From: Firmicutes bacterium UBA5493
Lineage (GTDB): Bacteria > Bacillota > Limnochordia > Darwinibacteriales > Darwinibacteriaceae
Reading direction: 5' to 3'
DNA length: 64,000 nt
Assembly: GCA_002424045.1 (NCBI GenBank)
Contig: DIPH01000038.1
Span: forward strand, 12,686-76,685
Of this stretch, positions 56,402-64,000 are shown one piece after another (position 1 is the first letter of the stretch; every line of letters begins with the position of its first letter). The notes below the pieces were generated by a model that was not told the origin of the DNA, did no database searches, and saw nothing but the letters and a program-made list of their open reading frames with translations. The translations under genes and the position numbers were made by a program.

Positions 56402-56430
56402 TTGACACAAAAGTCCTGATAATATATAAT
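56402..56430 (+). promoter_or_regulatory. Consensus sigmaA promoter upstream of the S1-domain gene
   Basis: TTGACA (56402-07), a 17-nt spacer, then TATAAT (56425-30). Confidence 0.7.
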
Positions 56431-56486
56431 GTTATGTAGTCGCGTGCCCTGCACGGCAAAATCCAAGAGGAGGAATTTTTTAACGT

Positions 56487-56876
56487 ATGTCAATTGATGT
56501 CGGCAACATTGTCGAAGGGAAGGTTACGGGAATAACCAATTTTGGTGCTTTCGTCGAACTCTCCAATGGAAAAACCGGTTTAGTCCACATTTCTGAAGTA
56601 GCAGATGCTTATGTGAAGGATATTAAGGACTTTCTAAACGAAAATGATGTCATTAAGGTGAAGGTCATTAATATGAGCGAGGGCAAGATTGGCCTGTCCA
56701 TCAAACAGGTGAATCCTACTAAGCCATCGCGTGATCGTCGTGGTCCCCGCAGGAAGGCCGCAAGCCCTGTGGATTTTGAGGAGCGTTTATCCCGCTTCTT
56801 AAAAGACAGTGATGAGAGGCAAGTTGCTCTGAAGAAAAGTCAGGACTCAAAACGGGGAGGCAGGGGCGCAAGGTAG
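56487..56876 (+). CDS. yabR: S1 RNA-binding domain protein YabR
   Basis: G.IVEGKVTGITNFGAFVEL.NGKTGLVHISEVAD.YVKDI S1 motif and a basic C-terminal tail. Confidence 0.85.
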   Translation: MSIDVGNIVEGKVTGITNFGAFVELSNGKTGLVHISEVADAYVKDIKDFLNENDVIKVKVINMSEGKIGLSIKQVNPTKPSRDRRGPRRKAASPVDFEERLSRFLKDSDERQVALKKSQDSKRGGRGAR

Positions 56877-56913
56877 ATCGAAACGAAGCAAAAGCCTTTC
56901 TCCAAAACTTTAG

Positions 56914-56940
56914 ACACCCCCGCGGGGGTGTTTTCATTTT
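56914..56940 (+). terminator. yabR terminator
   Basis: Perfect palindrome ACACCCCCG/CGGGGGTGT followed by TTTTCATTTT. Confidence 0.8.
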
Positions 56941-57029
56941 AAGGAAGTGATGTTCTGAAGTACGAAAAGCCTGATAAGGAAACTCTAGCTATCATTAAGG
57001 AACAGATCGGTAGGGAGCCCCGGGGGGTC

Positions 57030-57515
57030 TTGGGAGTGGCAACCATGTGTGAACACGGTTATCCCCAGGTGATTGTGAACCGTCCCGTCTCGGCTGCTTT
57101 TTCTAGTATAGAGATTTTTCCCACGCTCTACTGGCTCACCTGTCCCTACTTGCGCAAAGAGATGGCTTTGCTGGAGGGCGAAGGCCTCATTGCCCATTTC
57201 GAAAAACGCATCCAAGAGGAGCCCGACTTTGCAGCTCTGGTTGAGCAAAATCATGAAAGCTATGCCAGGCGCCGCTTGGCCCTGATTCCCACAGTTGTCC
57301 AAGAGAACCTCAGGGAGGAGTATCCTGATCGCTATCGCGTGCTGTCAGAGACTGGTGTAGGGGGAATCCGCAGCCTAGAGGGTGTCAAGTGTCTCCATAC
57401 CCATGTGGCCGATTACTTGACCCATGGTGAAAACCCCATCGGAGCCGAAGTGATGGAGATTTTCCAGAAACCCCTAGCTTGCCCCACGAAACAATGCGAG
57501 GATTTCGTCGAATGA
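57030..57515 (+). CDS. DUF501 domain protein (Ppx-associated). The real N-terminus probably lies upstream, near 56955.
   Basis: FPTLYWLTCPYL and CLHTHVADYL motifs of DUF501. The in-frame upstream peptide ...KETLAIIKEQIGREPRGV also looks conserved but has no ATG/GTG/TTG. ATGA overlap with ppx. Confidence 0.7.
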   Translation: MGVATMCEHGYPQVIVNRPVSAAFSSIEIFPTLYWLTCPYLRKEMALLEGEGLIAHFEKRIQEEPDFAALVEQNHESYARRRLALIPTVVQENLREEYPDRYRVLSETGVGGIRSLEGVKCLHTHVADYLTHGENPIGAEVMEIFQKPLACPTKQCEDFVE

Positions 57516-58396
57516 GGGCTGTCTTGGATGTAGGTACAAATTCAGTACGCCTACTTGTGGCTAAGGTTTCACAAGGCAAGGTGGAGCCCCTTACAAGGGA
57601 GGTCAAAGTCACCCGCCTAGGTCAAGGGGTTGATGAAAGGCGGAGGCTGGACCCTGTGGCCATGGGACGTACTTTGGCTGCCTTAAGCGAATTAACCGCT
57701 TTGATTCCAAAGGGTGCGCCCACTTCCATTATGGGTACGAGCGCGGTGCGGGATGCTCAAAACGGAAAGGAATTTGCGGAGCTTGTCAAGATGGAGACAG
57801 GCCTTTCTTTGCAAATTCTTTCCGGTTTAGAAGAGGCAGAACTATCGTTTAAGGGGGCTGTTTTTTCTCTGCAGGATTTACATCTCCCGGATCCCGTAAC
57901 TGTGGTGGATATCGGTGGAGGAAGTACTGAAGTCTACACAGGTACCAGAGGCGGGACACTTCTAGGAGGAGGTAGTGCGCAAGTTGGCGCGGTGCGCCTC
58001 TTAGAAAAGGGCGAAAGCAGCGATCTGTCCATCGATCTGTCCCTCCTTGAACCTGTGGTTCAGGAGAATCTCAAGTTCTCTCCTAAAACCTTGGTGGCTG
58101 TAGGCGGCACTGCCACGAGCCTTGCGGCCATGATTCAAGATTTACAGGAGTACAGTGATGAAAAGGTCACAGGCTTCTTTTGTTCTCTTGAAGAATTGAA
58201 GAAATGCTATCGGAAATTGGGTAGACTATCTTTAGAAGAACGCCGTCACATTCCGTCTTTGCAGGCAGGCCGGGAAGATGTGATTGTATACGGTGCTGCC
58301 ATTTTAATTCGGGTGGTAGAGCTGATGGGTATCTCCCAGTTCTACACGAGTTCTGGAGACCTTCTCTATGGCTGGCTCTGGCGACAGGACAGTTGA
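57512..58396 (+). CDS. ppx: Ppx/GppA family phosphatase (exopolyphosphatase-like)
   Basis: AVLDVGTNSVRLLVA, VDIGGGSTE, and the actin-like ATPase fold. The ATG at 57512 overlaps the DUF501 stop. Confidence 0.85.
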   Translation: MRAVLDVGTNSVRLLVAKVSQGKVEPLTREVKVTRLGQGVDERRRLDPVAMGRTLAALSELTALIPKGAPTSIMGTSAVRDAQNGKEFAELVKMETGLSLQILSGLEEAELSFKGAVFSLQDLHLPDPVTVVDIGGGSTEVYTGTRGGTLLGGGSAQVGAVRLLEKGESSDLSIDLSLLEPVVQENLKFSPKTLVAVGGTATSLAAMIQDLQEYSDEKVTGFFCSLEELKKCYRKLGRLSLEERRHIPSLQAGREDVIVYGAAILIRVVELMGISQFYTSSGDLLYGWLWRQDS

Positions 58397-58422
58397 CAGA
58401 AGGGGTGCAAATAGTCTATAAT
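58393..58422 (+). promoter_or_regulatory. Consensus sigmaA promoter for tRNA-Leu, overlapping the ppx stop codon
   Basis: TTGACA (58393-98), an 18-nt spacer, then TATAAT (58417-22), 14 nt upstream of the tRNA 5' end. Confidence 0.7.
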
Positions 58423-58435
58423 ATTTTTTGGATGT

Positions 58436-58522
58436 GCCGGGGTGGCGGAATGGCAGACGCTACGGACTTAAAATCCGTTGGGCTAAGCGCCCGTGAGGGT
58501 TCGAGTCCCTCCCCCGGCACCA
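58436..58522 (+). tRNA. tRNA-Leu (anticodon UAA), class II with a long variable arm and encoded CCA
   Basis: Acceptor GCCGGGG/CCCCGGC, anticodon stem ACGGA/TCCGT with loop CTTAAAA, variable arm TGGGCTAAGCGCCCGT, T-arm GAGGG-TTCGAGT-CCCTC, discriminator A plus CCA. A terminator-like hairpin AACACCT-TTG-AGGTGTT plus T-run follows. Confidence 0.93.
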
Positions 58523-58573
58523 TATATACAAGACTCAACACCTTTGAGGTGTTTTTTTGTCTGGAGGGATCAG

Positions 58574-58954
58574 GTGCTAGGTTCTAAGAAATCCAATGAA
58601 CTGGAAAAAACGATCCATACAGGGATCCACGGCACACCGCAGCTTCGGCCCGATGAAAAGAGACGCTTTTTGGGCTTTTTCAGGGAACGGGTGATTCAGG
58701 CTATTACCTTTAAGCAGATTCAGACTACTGAAGGTCTTAAAATCATGGAGGAGGCCCTTGGAGATTCTCGCGGGGTGGAGCTGGTTATTCATCAAAAGGC
58801 CAGAACCAGGGCGATGCCCCTCATAGTGCAGGCTCGCAAACAAGGTCTGGATTTTACCATTGTTTCTAACCCAAATCTCCAAGGTGAGGTGGCAGTGATC
58901 TTGGTAGCCAAAGACGCAGTGGATGTTCCCACTCTTTATTCTGAACAAAATTGA
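58574..58954 (+). CDS. YueI-like protein (DUF1694)
   Basis: The GTG start after GGAGGGA gives ...IHGTPQLRPDEKRRFLGFFRERVIQAIT, the DUF1694 N-terminal signature. The track ORF start at 58493 lies inside the tRNA. Confidence 0.7.
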   Translation: MLGSKKSNELEKTIHTGIHGTPQLRPDEKRRFLGFFRERVIQAITFKQIQTTEGLKIMEEALGDSRGVELVIHQKARTRAMPLIVQARKQGLDFTIVSNPNLQGEVAVILVAKDAVDVPTLYSEQN

Positions 58955-58989
58955 GAGGTGTAGCCATGAGGGCCACACCTCGTTTTTTT
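58955..58989. terminator. Terminator hairpin between convergent genes
   Basis: GAGGTGTAGCC-ATGA-GGCCACACCTC (one mismatch) followed by CGTTTTTTT. Confidence 0.65.
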
Positions 58990-59467
58990 AGCCAACGATC
59001 TTCTCATCGTCTGTGAATCCAAAGGTCTCTTCGCTGTTCTCATTTTCTTGCTCTTCTTCTATGTCCTCTTCTTCTACGGTGGTTATCTCTGGCTCAACCT
59101 GTGGCTTTTGTTTCGGTTCCTTTGGTTTTGCAGGGGCTAGAACGAGACTCACTAGAATAAAGGCCAGGCCCACAAAGAGCGGCAGTAGCCCTGCCAAGAG
59201 CCAGGGGCCAACACCTAAGGTGATGAGGCCAATGGTGAGGGCGAGACCAATCAGACCGATAACCAGACCAATGGCGAGGATGGTCTTGTGGTTCTTCCGT
59301 TTTTGGCGCTGGTCTTCCGGTGATATTCCCTGGGCAATGAGGGCCATGCGCTCTTTGTAGCTAAACCATCGTAAGGCGATGACCAAGAGCACGACCAGTG
59401 CAGTGAGAATAATGGGGGTAAAATACGCTAAATAGGTCACAGTATAATTCACATTAATCTCTCCCAT
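58988..59467 (-). CDS. Hypothetical membrane protein with an acidic C-terminal tail
   Basis: Three or four hydrophobic helices (FTPIILTALVVLLVIAL; ILAIGLVIGLIGLALTIGLITLGVGPWLLAGLLPLFVGLAFILVSLVL), then a KPKEPKQKPQ / EEEDIEEEQENE tail. It overlaps the upstream DUF4097 gene by 14 nt. Confidence 0.5.
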   Translation of the reverse strand: MGEINVNYTVTYLAYFTPIILTALVVLLVIALRWFSYKERMALIAQGISPEDQRQKRKNHKTILAIGLVIGLIGLALTIGLITLGVGPWLLAGLLPLFVGLAFILVSLVLAPAKPKEPKQKPQVEPEITTVEEEDIEEEQENENSEETFGFTDDEKIVG

Positions 59468-60353
59468 TCGTTTGATTTTTTAGCTCCAAGGAACCTAGAG
59501 ACAGATCCACAAAAATCGATCCCCTCTGCTCCCCTTCACCAATAATTCCCTGAATACGTTCTTTACTTTGCTGCCCCTTAAAGGGAACCATAATACCGAA
59601 GGACCCTAGGCTAATGCGTCCCTCTAATACATATGATTCATCTGGCGAAAGAAGTAGTGTTAAATCACCTAAACTGCTTTCGAGTACATTGTGGTTCGCA
59701 AGACTGGCTTCAATGGTCAGGTCACCGAGGTGTGAGAGGGCTACCAGTTCTTTTTCAAATTGGGAATTGGAGATCTCAATATTCCCCAGAGATGTTTCTA
59801 GATAGGCATCGCCCTTGAAACCTTGTAACTTGATCGTTCCAAGATGATCAAGGACTCGCAGGGCCCCCTGAAGGTTCTTGACTTCGACCTCTCCTAGGTT
59901 TGTCTTAAGGTCCAATTCGGTGTGGACGGGTACTTGAATGACCAGATCTGCTCTGACCATCTCATTGTTGCGCGTCTTGGGCATGAGTACTTGTAAAGTA
60001 TTTTCTTCTGTAGTATTTGTGATCTCAAGGGACACTCCCCCCACGAGCTCCTGGGCTCTTACGGGGGTGGCCGCTCTGGTTTGTACATGCATATGGACTT
60101 GGATTTGCTCAACATCGCCCCCTTGTACTACGATTTGTCCATGGGGCGTGTCAACTGCAAGCTTTGGCCTAGTTTCCACAACATGTTCTGTTTTCTTCTC
60201 TTGAGAGTTGCTGAAGGGCGAGGTAACTGCTAGGGGTGTACCAGGCTCCTGGGAGCCAAAAAGCGGGATGGGCAGCAACCCTGTACTAGCCACCATTAGT
60301 GCAAGCACTGCAATCAACAGCAAAACGGTAACGACGATACCGGACTTTCGCAT
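59454..60353 (-). CDS. DUF4097-like beta-helical protein with an N-terminal membrane anchor
   Basis: The ATG at 60353 (after AAAGGA) gives MRKSGIVVTVLLLIAVLALMV, followed by repeated LG.IE / LGDLT / LGSLE beta-strand units. The track's longer ORF (to 60635) runs antisense into the start of the neighbouring gene. Confidence 0.55.
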   Translation of the reverse strand: MRKSGIVVTVLLLIAVLALMVASTGLLPIPLFGSQEPGTPLAVTSPFSNSQEKKTEHVVETRPKLAVDTPHGQIVVQGGDVEQIQVHMHVQTRAATPVRAQELVGGVSLEITNTTEENTLQVLMPKTRNNEMVRADLVIQVPVHTELDLKTNLGEVEVKNLQGALRVLDHLGTIKLQGFKGDAYLETSLGNIEISNSQFEKELVALSHLGDLTIEASLANHNVLESSLGDLTLLLSPDESYVLEGRISLGSFGIMVPFKGQQSKERIQGIIGEGEQRGSIFVDLSLGSLELKNQTNGRD

Positions 60354-60525
60354 ACGAGATTCATCCTTTCTGCCTGACGAGCCCTCATAATTTGAGTTCC
60401 ATAAAAAGTCACATTGTCCTGTCTGGGGGTGGTCAAATTTAGGACAAATTTTCCAAATACAAAGGGAAAGACTGACATATGTAGAAATACAGAGGGGCAA
60501 AAGACTACTATGGGAGGCGATTTTT

Positions 60526-62043
60526 TTGAGAGCTAAGTTGAGAAGTTCTTGGTTTGTACTGGTCTTGGTTCTAGTAACAGTGTTGTCTGCTAGTTTGCCT
60601 ATCTTCGCTGCGGAGATCATTATCCTGCATACCAATGATGTCCACTCACGTGTTGAATCTCATATTCCTCAAGGTGCCGAAGGCGAACAAGGTGGTCGTG
60701 TTAGGGCTGCAACGTTGATCGAGGAGATCCGAGACATGTATGGCAGAGAAAAAATCCTTCTGCTTGATGCTGGAGATGCTATTCATGGTATGAACATTGA
60801 CAATTTGTTCGGTGGTTTACCCTCCATCGAAATCATGAATGCCATGGGTTATGATGCTTTTACCCTTGGTAACCATGAGTTTAATTACGGGCAAGAAGTA
60901 TTAGCTGAGCGTATTTTGGATGCCAAGTTTCCAACCTTAGCAGCCAATGTAATGAGGGAAGATGGTTCGCTCTTTGCCGGCTACAGTGCTTTAGTCAAAG
61001 AAGTGAATGGTGTTAAAGTAGGTATTATTGGTTTGGTGGCAGAAGAGACCCCTATAGTAACCCACCCTAAGAATGTGGAAGGTCTTAAATTTCTTGATCC
61101 TATCGATATTGCCAAGCGGACGGCGCAGGTTATCCGCCCTGACGTGGACATCCTCATCGCCTTGAGTCATCTAGGCTTAAGCAAGGATGTGGAATTAGCA
61201 GAGGCGGTTCCTGAGTTTGATGTTATTGTGGGTGGACATAGCCACACCGTGTTAGACGTACCAAGGGAAGTTAATGGTGTTCTAATTGCCCAAGCCCATG
61301 AATACGCCAATAATCTTGGTTTCCTGTATCTTGAGGTGGAAGATAAAGAGATTGTGGCCCATGAAGGCTTCTTGATTCCTGTAACCGCTGACGTTGAGAA
61401 GCATGGGGGGGTTCAATCCATTATTGACGATTGGAATCAGCAGCTGCAGGCGCGCCTTAATCACGTGATTGGCACCAGTAACATAGCCTGGGACGGCGAG
61501 CGTGCCTCCGTTCGTACCCAAGAAACCAATCTCGGTAATCTCGTTGCCGACGTGATTCGAGATGCTGTAGGCAGCGACATCGCTGTTACCAATGGGGGCG
61601 GCATCCGCGCTAGTATTCATGCTGGTGACATCCGCGTAGCTGATGTTTATAATACACTGCCCTTTGACAACACCCTTGTTGTTGTAGAAATGATGGGTAT
61701 GGATATTCTAGAGGCTCTAGAGCACAGCGTGCGGCTGTTGCCAGAGCAAAATGGTGCATTCCTCCAGGTGTCTGGGATTACCTTTGAGGTAGATCCAGGT
61801 GCATTACCTGGCGGGCGTGTCATTAACGTAAAGGTGGGCGAAAATAGACTTGCAACTGGCGGATACTACACTGTAGCCACGAACGATTTTATTGCTGCGG
61901 GTGGAGATGGCTACGACATGTTCATGAATGCAACCCTCGTGGCGGAGACCGGCATTATGCTCCGGGATGTTATGGTTGATTACATTGCTCAACAAGGCAA
62001 CGCAGAAGCTCCTGAAGGTGGACGGATTGTGATTGATAAGTAG
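60526..62043 (+). CDS. Secreted bifunctional metallophosphatase / 5'-nucleotidase (UshA family)
   Basis: Signal peptide, ILHTNDVHSRV, DAGDAIHG, GNHEFNYG, GGHSHT and a C-terminal 5'-nucleotidase domain (NGGGIRA, ATNDFIAAGGDGY). Confidence 0.85.
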   Translation: MRAKLRSSWFVLVLVLVTVLSASLPIFAAEIIILHTNDVHSRVESHIPQGAEGEQGGRVRAATLIEEIRDMYGREKILLLDAGDAIHGMNIDNLFGGLPSIEIMNAMGYDAFTLGNHEFNYGQEVLAERILDAKFPTLAANVMREDGSLFAGYSALVKEVNGVKVGIIGLVAEETPIVTHPKNVEGLKFLDPIDIAKRTAQVIRPDVDILIALSHLGLSKDVELAEAVPEFDVIVGGHSHTVLDVPREVNGVLIAQAHEYANNLGFLYLEVEDKEIVAHEGFLIPVTADVEKHGGVQSIIDDWNQQLQARLNHVIGTSNIAWDGERASVRTQETNLGNLVADVIRDAVGSDIAVTNGGGIRASIHAGDIRVADVYNTLPFDNTLVVVEMMGMDILEALEHSVRLLPEQNGAFLQVSGITFEVDPGALPGGRVINVKVGENRLATGGYYTVATNDFIAAGGDGYDMFMNATLVAETGIMLRDVMVDYIAQQGNAEAPEGGRIVIDK

Positions 62044-62059
62044 TGGTAATAGTAGTGCG

Positions 62060-62095
62060 AGGCTGCCAGGCAAAAAAAGCCAGGCAGCCTTTTTT
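62060..62095 (+). terminator. Terminator after the 5'-nucleotidase gene
   Basis: AGGCTGCCAGGC-AAAAAAA-GCCAGGCAGCCT (one internal mismatch) followed by TTTTT. Confidence 0.75.
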
Positions 62096-62276
62096 CGAAT
62101 TTAGCGCGCTGACCGGTCTTTGGACGCCAATGCACCGGAGCTGCAACGTTGAATTAATTGGGAGCATTTGCTTGCAGCGTAAAGTGTCTTTATATTATAC
62201 TTATAAAATAACCTGGTGCCAAACACAGTTCTTTGGCTTGACCCGTAGTAAGTCCATTAGATCGGGAGGGTAATGA

Positions 62277-63620
62277 ATGGGACACAAAATTCGATCACTC
62301 ACGTATCCACAGTTAGTTGTACTAGGATATCTCGTCATTATTACCATGGGTACGGTTCTCTTATCTTTTCCTATGGCCACCCGGAGCAATGTTTCAGTTG
62401 GATTTGTTGATGCCCTATTTACTGCTACTTCTGCAACTTGCGTGACGGGTCTAGTCGTGTATGATACGTTCACCCATTGGTCACTATTTGGGCAAATTGT
62501 GATCATGACGCTTATTCAGATAGGCGGTCTCGGATTCATGGCAGTTATTACAATGTTTTCTTTTTTCTTGCGGCGGAGAATTGGATTGAAAGAACGGGGC
62601 CTTCTGCGGGAAAGTGTAAATAGTATGTACCTTGGTGGCGTTGTACTCTTAATCAAGCGCCTTTTGATTGGCACTTTTTTATTCGAGGGATTTGGCGCGG
62701 TCATTTTATCTGCGCGATTTATTCCTCAAATGGGCTTAACAACAGGAATTTATAATGGAATCTTTCACTCTGTTTCAGCATTCAATAATGCGGGATTCGA
62801 TCTCATGGGCAAATACGGGAAATACTCGTCTTTGATATCTTATGCAGGAGATCCCGTGGTTACTCTAACCATCATGGGTCTGATCATCGTAGGCGGGATC
62901 GGCTTTTTTGTGTGGGATGATATTCTCAAACATCGACATCGTTTCAAGGAGTACCAGTTGCACACCAAGATCGTTTTTGCTATTACCAGTTTTCTTATTA
63001 CCTGGGGCGCAATCGTCTTTTTTCTATTTGAACGAACAAACCTCCTAAACGGACTGCCTTTTGGTGAGAAAATATTGGTCTCTCTGTTTTCGGCGGTGAC
63101 GCCAAGGACCGCTGGTTTTAGTGTGGTTGATATGGGTGTATCGTTGCCTGGAACTAGGCTGCTGACAATGATCCTAATGTTCATTGGTGGTAGCCCAGGA
63201 TCAACGGCCGGTGGTATCAAGACTACGACATTTGCAGCTCTCGTGATCTCAGCATGGTCAAGCTTGAAAAACACTAAAGGTGACAGTGTTTTCGGCCGCC
63301 AGCTAGAAGAGTCTGCTCTGCGTAGAGCGAATACTGTAGTGGTAATTAACCTAACGCTTGTGTTAGTCAGCTCTTTGGTCATCAGCGCTACCAAGCCCGT
63401 GCTACCTTTGGGAGACGCTGTCTTTGAAACCGTTTCTGCTTTAAGCACCGTGGGTCTTTCAACCGGAATCACCGGATCGCTTGGTATAATTGGGCAGCTC
63501 ATGTTGATATTGCTAATGTATACAGGGCGAGTGGGGAGCATTTCGCTTGCTTTATTATTCATGCAACACAGAATGCCGGTTTCGATCCAGAAACCGACTG
63601 AAAAAATCATAATCGGATAG
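62277..63620 (+). CDS. ktrB: TrkH/KtrB family potassium uptake membrane subunit
   Basis: 447 aa, polytopic, with selectivity-filter-like TATCVTGL, AFNNAGF, TPRTAGF, LSTVGLSTG motifs. Confidence 0.9.
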   Translation: MGHKIRSLTYPQLVVLGYLVIITMGTVLLSFPMATRSNVSVGFVDALFTATSATCVTGLVVYDTFTHWSLFGQIVIMTLIQIGGLGFMAVITMFSFFLRRRIGLKERGLLRESVNSMYLGGVVLLIKRLLIGTFLFEGFGAVILSARFIPQMGLTTGIYNGIFHSVSAFNNAGFDLMGKYGKYSSLISYAGDPVVTLTIMGLIIVGGIGFFVWDDILKHRHRFKEYQLHTKIVFAITSFLITWGAIVFFLFERTNLLNGLPFGEKILVSLFSAVTPRTAGFSVVDMGVSLPGTRLLTMILMFIGGSPGSTAGGIKTTTFAALVISAWSSLKNTKGDSVFGRQLEESALRRANTVVVINLTLVLVSSLVISATKPVLPLGDAVFETVSALSTVGLSTGITGSLGIIGQLMLILLMYTGRVGSISLALLFMQHRMPVSIQKPTEKIIIG

Positions 63621-63630
63621 GGGGTTGAAT

Positions 63631-64000
63631 ATGAAGTCAGTCTTAGTGATAGGTATTGGACAGTTTGGCAGGCAATTAAGCGTCAAAATGAGCGAGCTGG
63701 GAAACGAGGTAATGGTTGTGGACACGGACGAAGAGAAGCTTCAGGACGTTCTACCTCACGTGACTAGTGCCGAAATAGGGGATTGCACAAATGAGGATGT
63801 ATTGCGAAGCATGGGAGTGCGCAACTTTGACGTGTGCTTTGTGTGCGTCGGCGACAGCTTTGAGAATAGTCTGCAGATTACCAGTTTGCTTAAAGAGCTA
63901 GGAGCTAAGCATGTAATTAGTCGGGCTAGCAGTGACGTTCATGCGAAATTCTTGTTGCGGAACGGTGCTGATGAGATTGCCTACCCAGAGCGAGACATAG
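63631..64000 (+). CDS. ktrA: TrkA-N domain potassium uptake regulatory subunit (KtrA-like), 3' end outside window
   Basis: MKSVLVIGIGQFGRQLSVKMSELGNEVMVVDTDEEKL has a Rossmann GxGxxG motif. The ATG at 63631 follows GGGGG. Confidence 0.85.
   Translation, partial: MKSVLVIGIGQFGRQLSVKMSELGNEVMVVDTDEEKLQDVLPHVTSAEIGDCTNEDVLRSMGVRNFDVCFVCVGDSFENSLQITSLLKELGAKHVISRASSDVHAKFLLRNGADEIAYPERDI

Noticed and set aside
58493-58573. Upstream part of the 153-aa ORF overlapping the tRNA
   Set aside because: The region is occupied by the 3' half of tRNA-Leu and its terminator. The DUF1694 signature starts after the GTG at 58574, which has a GGAGGGA RBS.
62840-63610. 256-aa minus-strand ORF antisense to ktrB
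   Set aside because: Shadow ORF of a clearly recognisable TrkH-family gene, with no RBS and no family signature. The same reasoning applies to 6830-7261, 8186-8524, 35659-36018 and 43359-43721.

Overview
This window reads as an origin-proximal core chromosome segment of an endospore-forming Firmicute, at roughly 50% G+C by eye. I call 71 CDS, 62 of them on the + strand, plus one tRNA-Leu. From left to right the window holds:

- a partial low-GC surface or solute-binding-like gene
- rpmH-rnpA-yidD-yidC-jag-mnmE-mnmG-rsmG-noc-soj-spo0J
- yyaC, a YkvI/YyaD-type membrane protein and a TPR protein
- the glycine cleavage operon gcvT-gcvH-gcvPA-gcvPB
- a PrsA-like foldase, a DUF951 protein, a two-P-loop ATPase, queT and ychF
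- rpsF-ssb-rpsR, yybS, rplI and a LonC-type protease
- mgtE, galT-galK (inverted), ridA, ddl and an ABC-F ATPase
- a DnaD-domain protein coupled to the replicative helicase
- a block collinear with the right flank of the B. subtilis origin: rsmA, veg, ispE, purR, glmU, prs, rplY, pth, mfd, spoVT, a SpoVB/YabM-like flippase, mazG and hup (inverted), spoIID, yabP, yabQ, divIC, yabR
- a DUF501 protein, ppx, tRNA-Leu(UAA), a YueI-like protein, a DUF4097 pair, a 5'-nucleotidase and ktrB/ktrA-like genes

I found no CRISPR array, transposase, integrase, rRNA, or recognisable defence or toxin-antitoxin island. I cannot honestly point to a novel multi-gene system here.

The most interesting signals are cis elements that an ORF track cannot show:
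- three parS palindromes at the spo0J 3' end
- a Noc-binding-site palindrome inside noc, and a near-copy inside ychF
- a four-box DnaA-box cluster upstream of gcvT
- consensus promoters and leader hairpins

There are also several gene-level oddities:
- glmU is about 120 codons short
- the DUF501 gene has no canonical start for its conserved N-terminus
- the ABC-F gene carries a perfect in-frame tandem repeat
- a DUF559 nuclease-fold gene sits where B. subtilis has yabJ-spoVG
- rpmH is not adjacent to dnaA or oriC

All functional calls come from reading the translations and from remembered family signatures. No database search was run.
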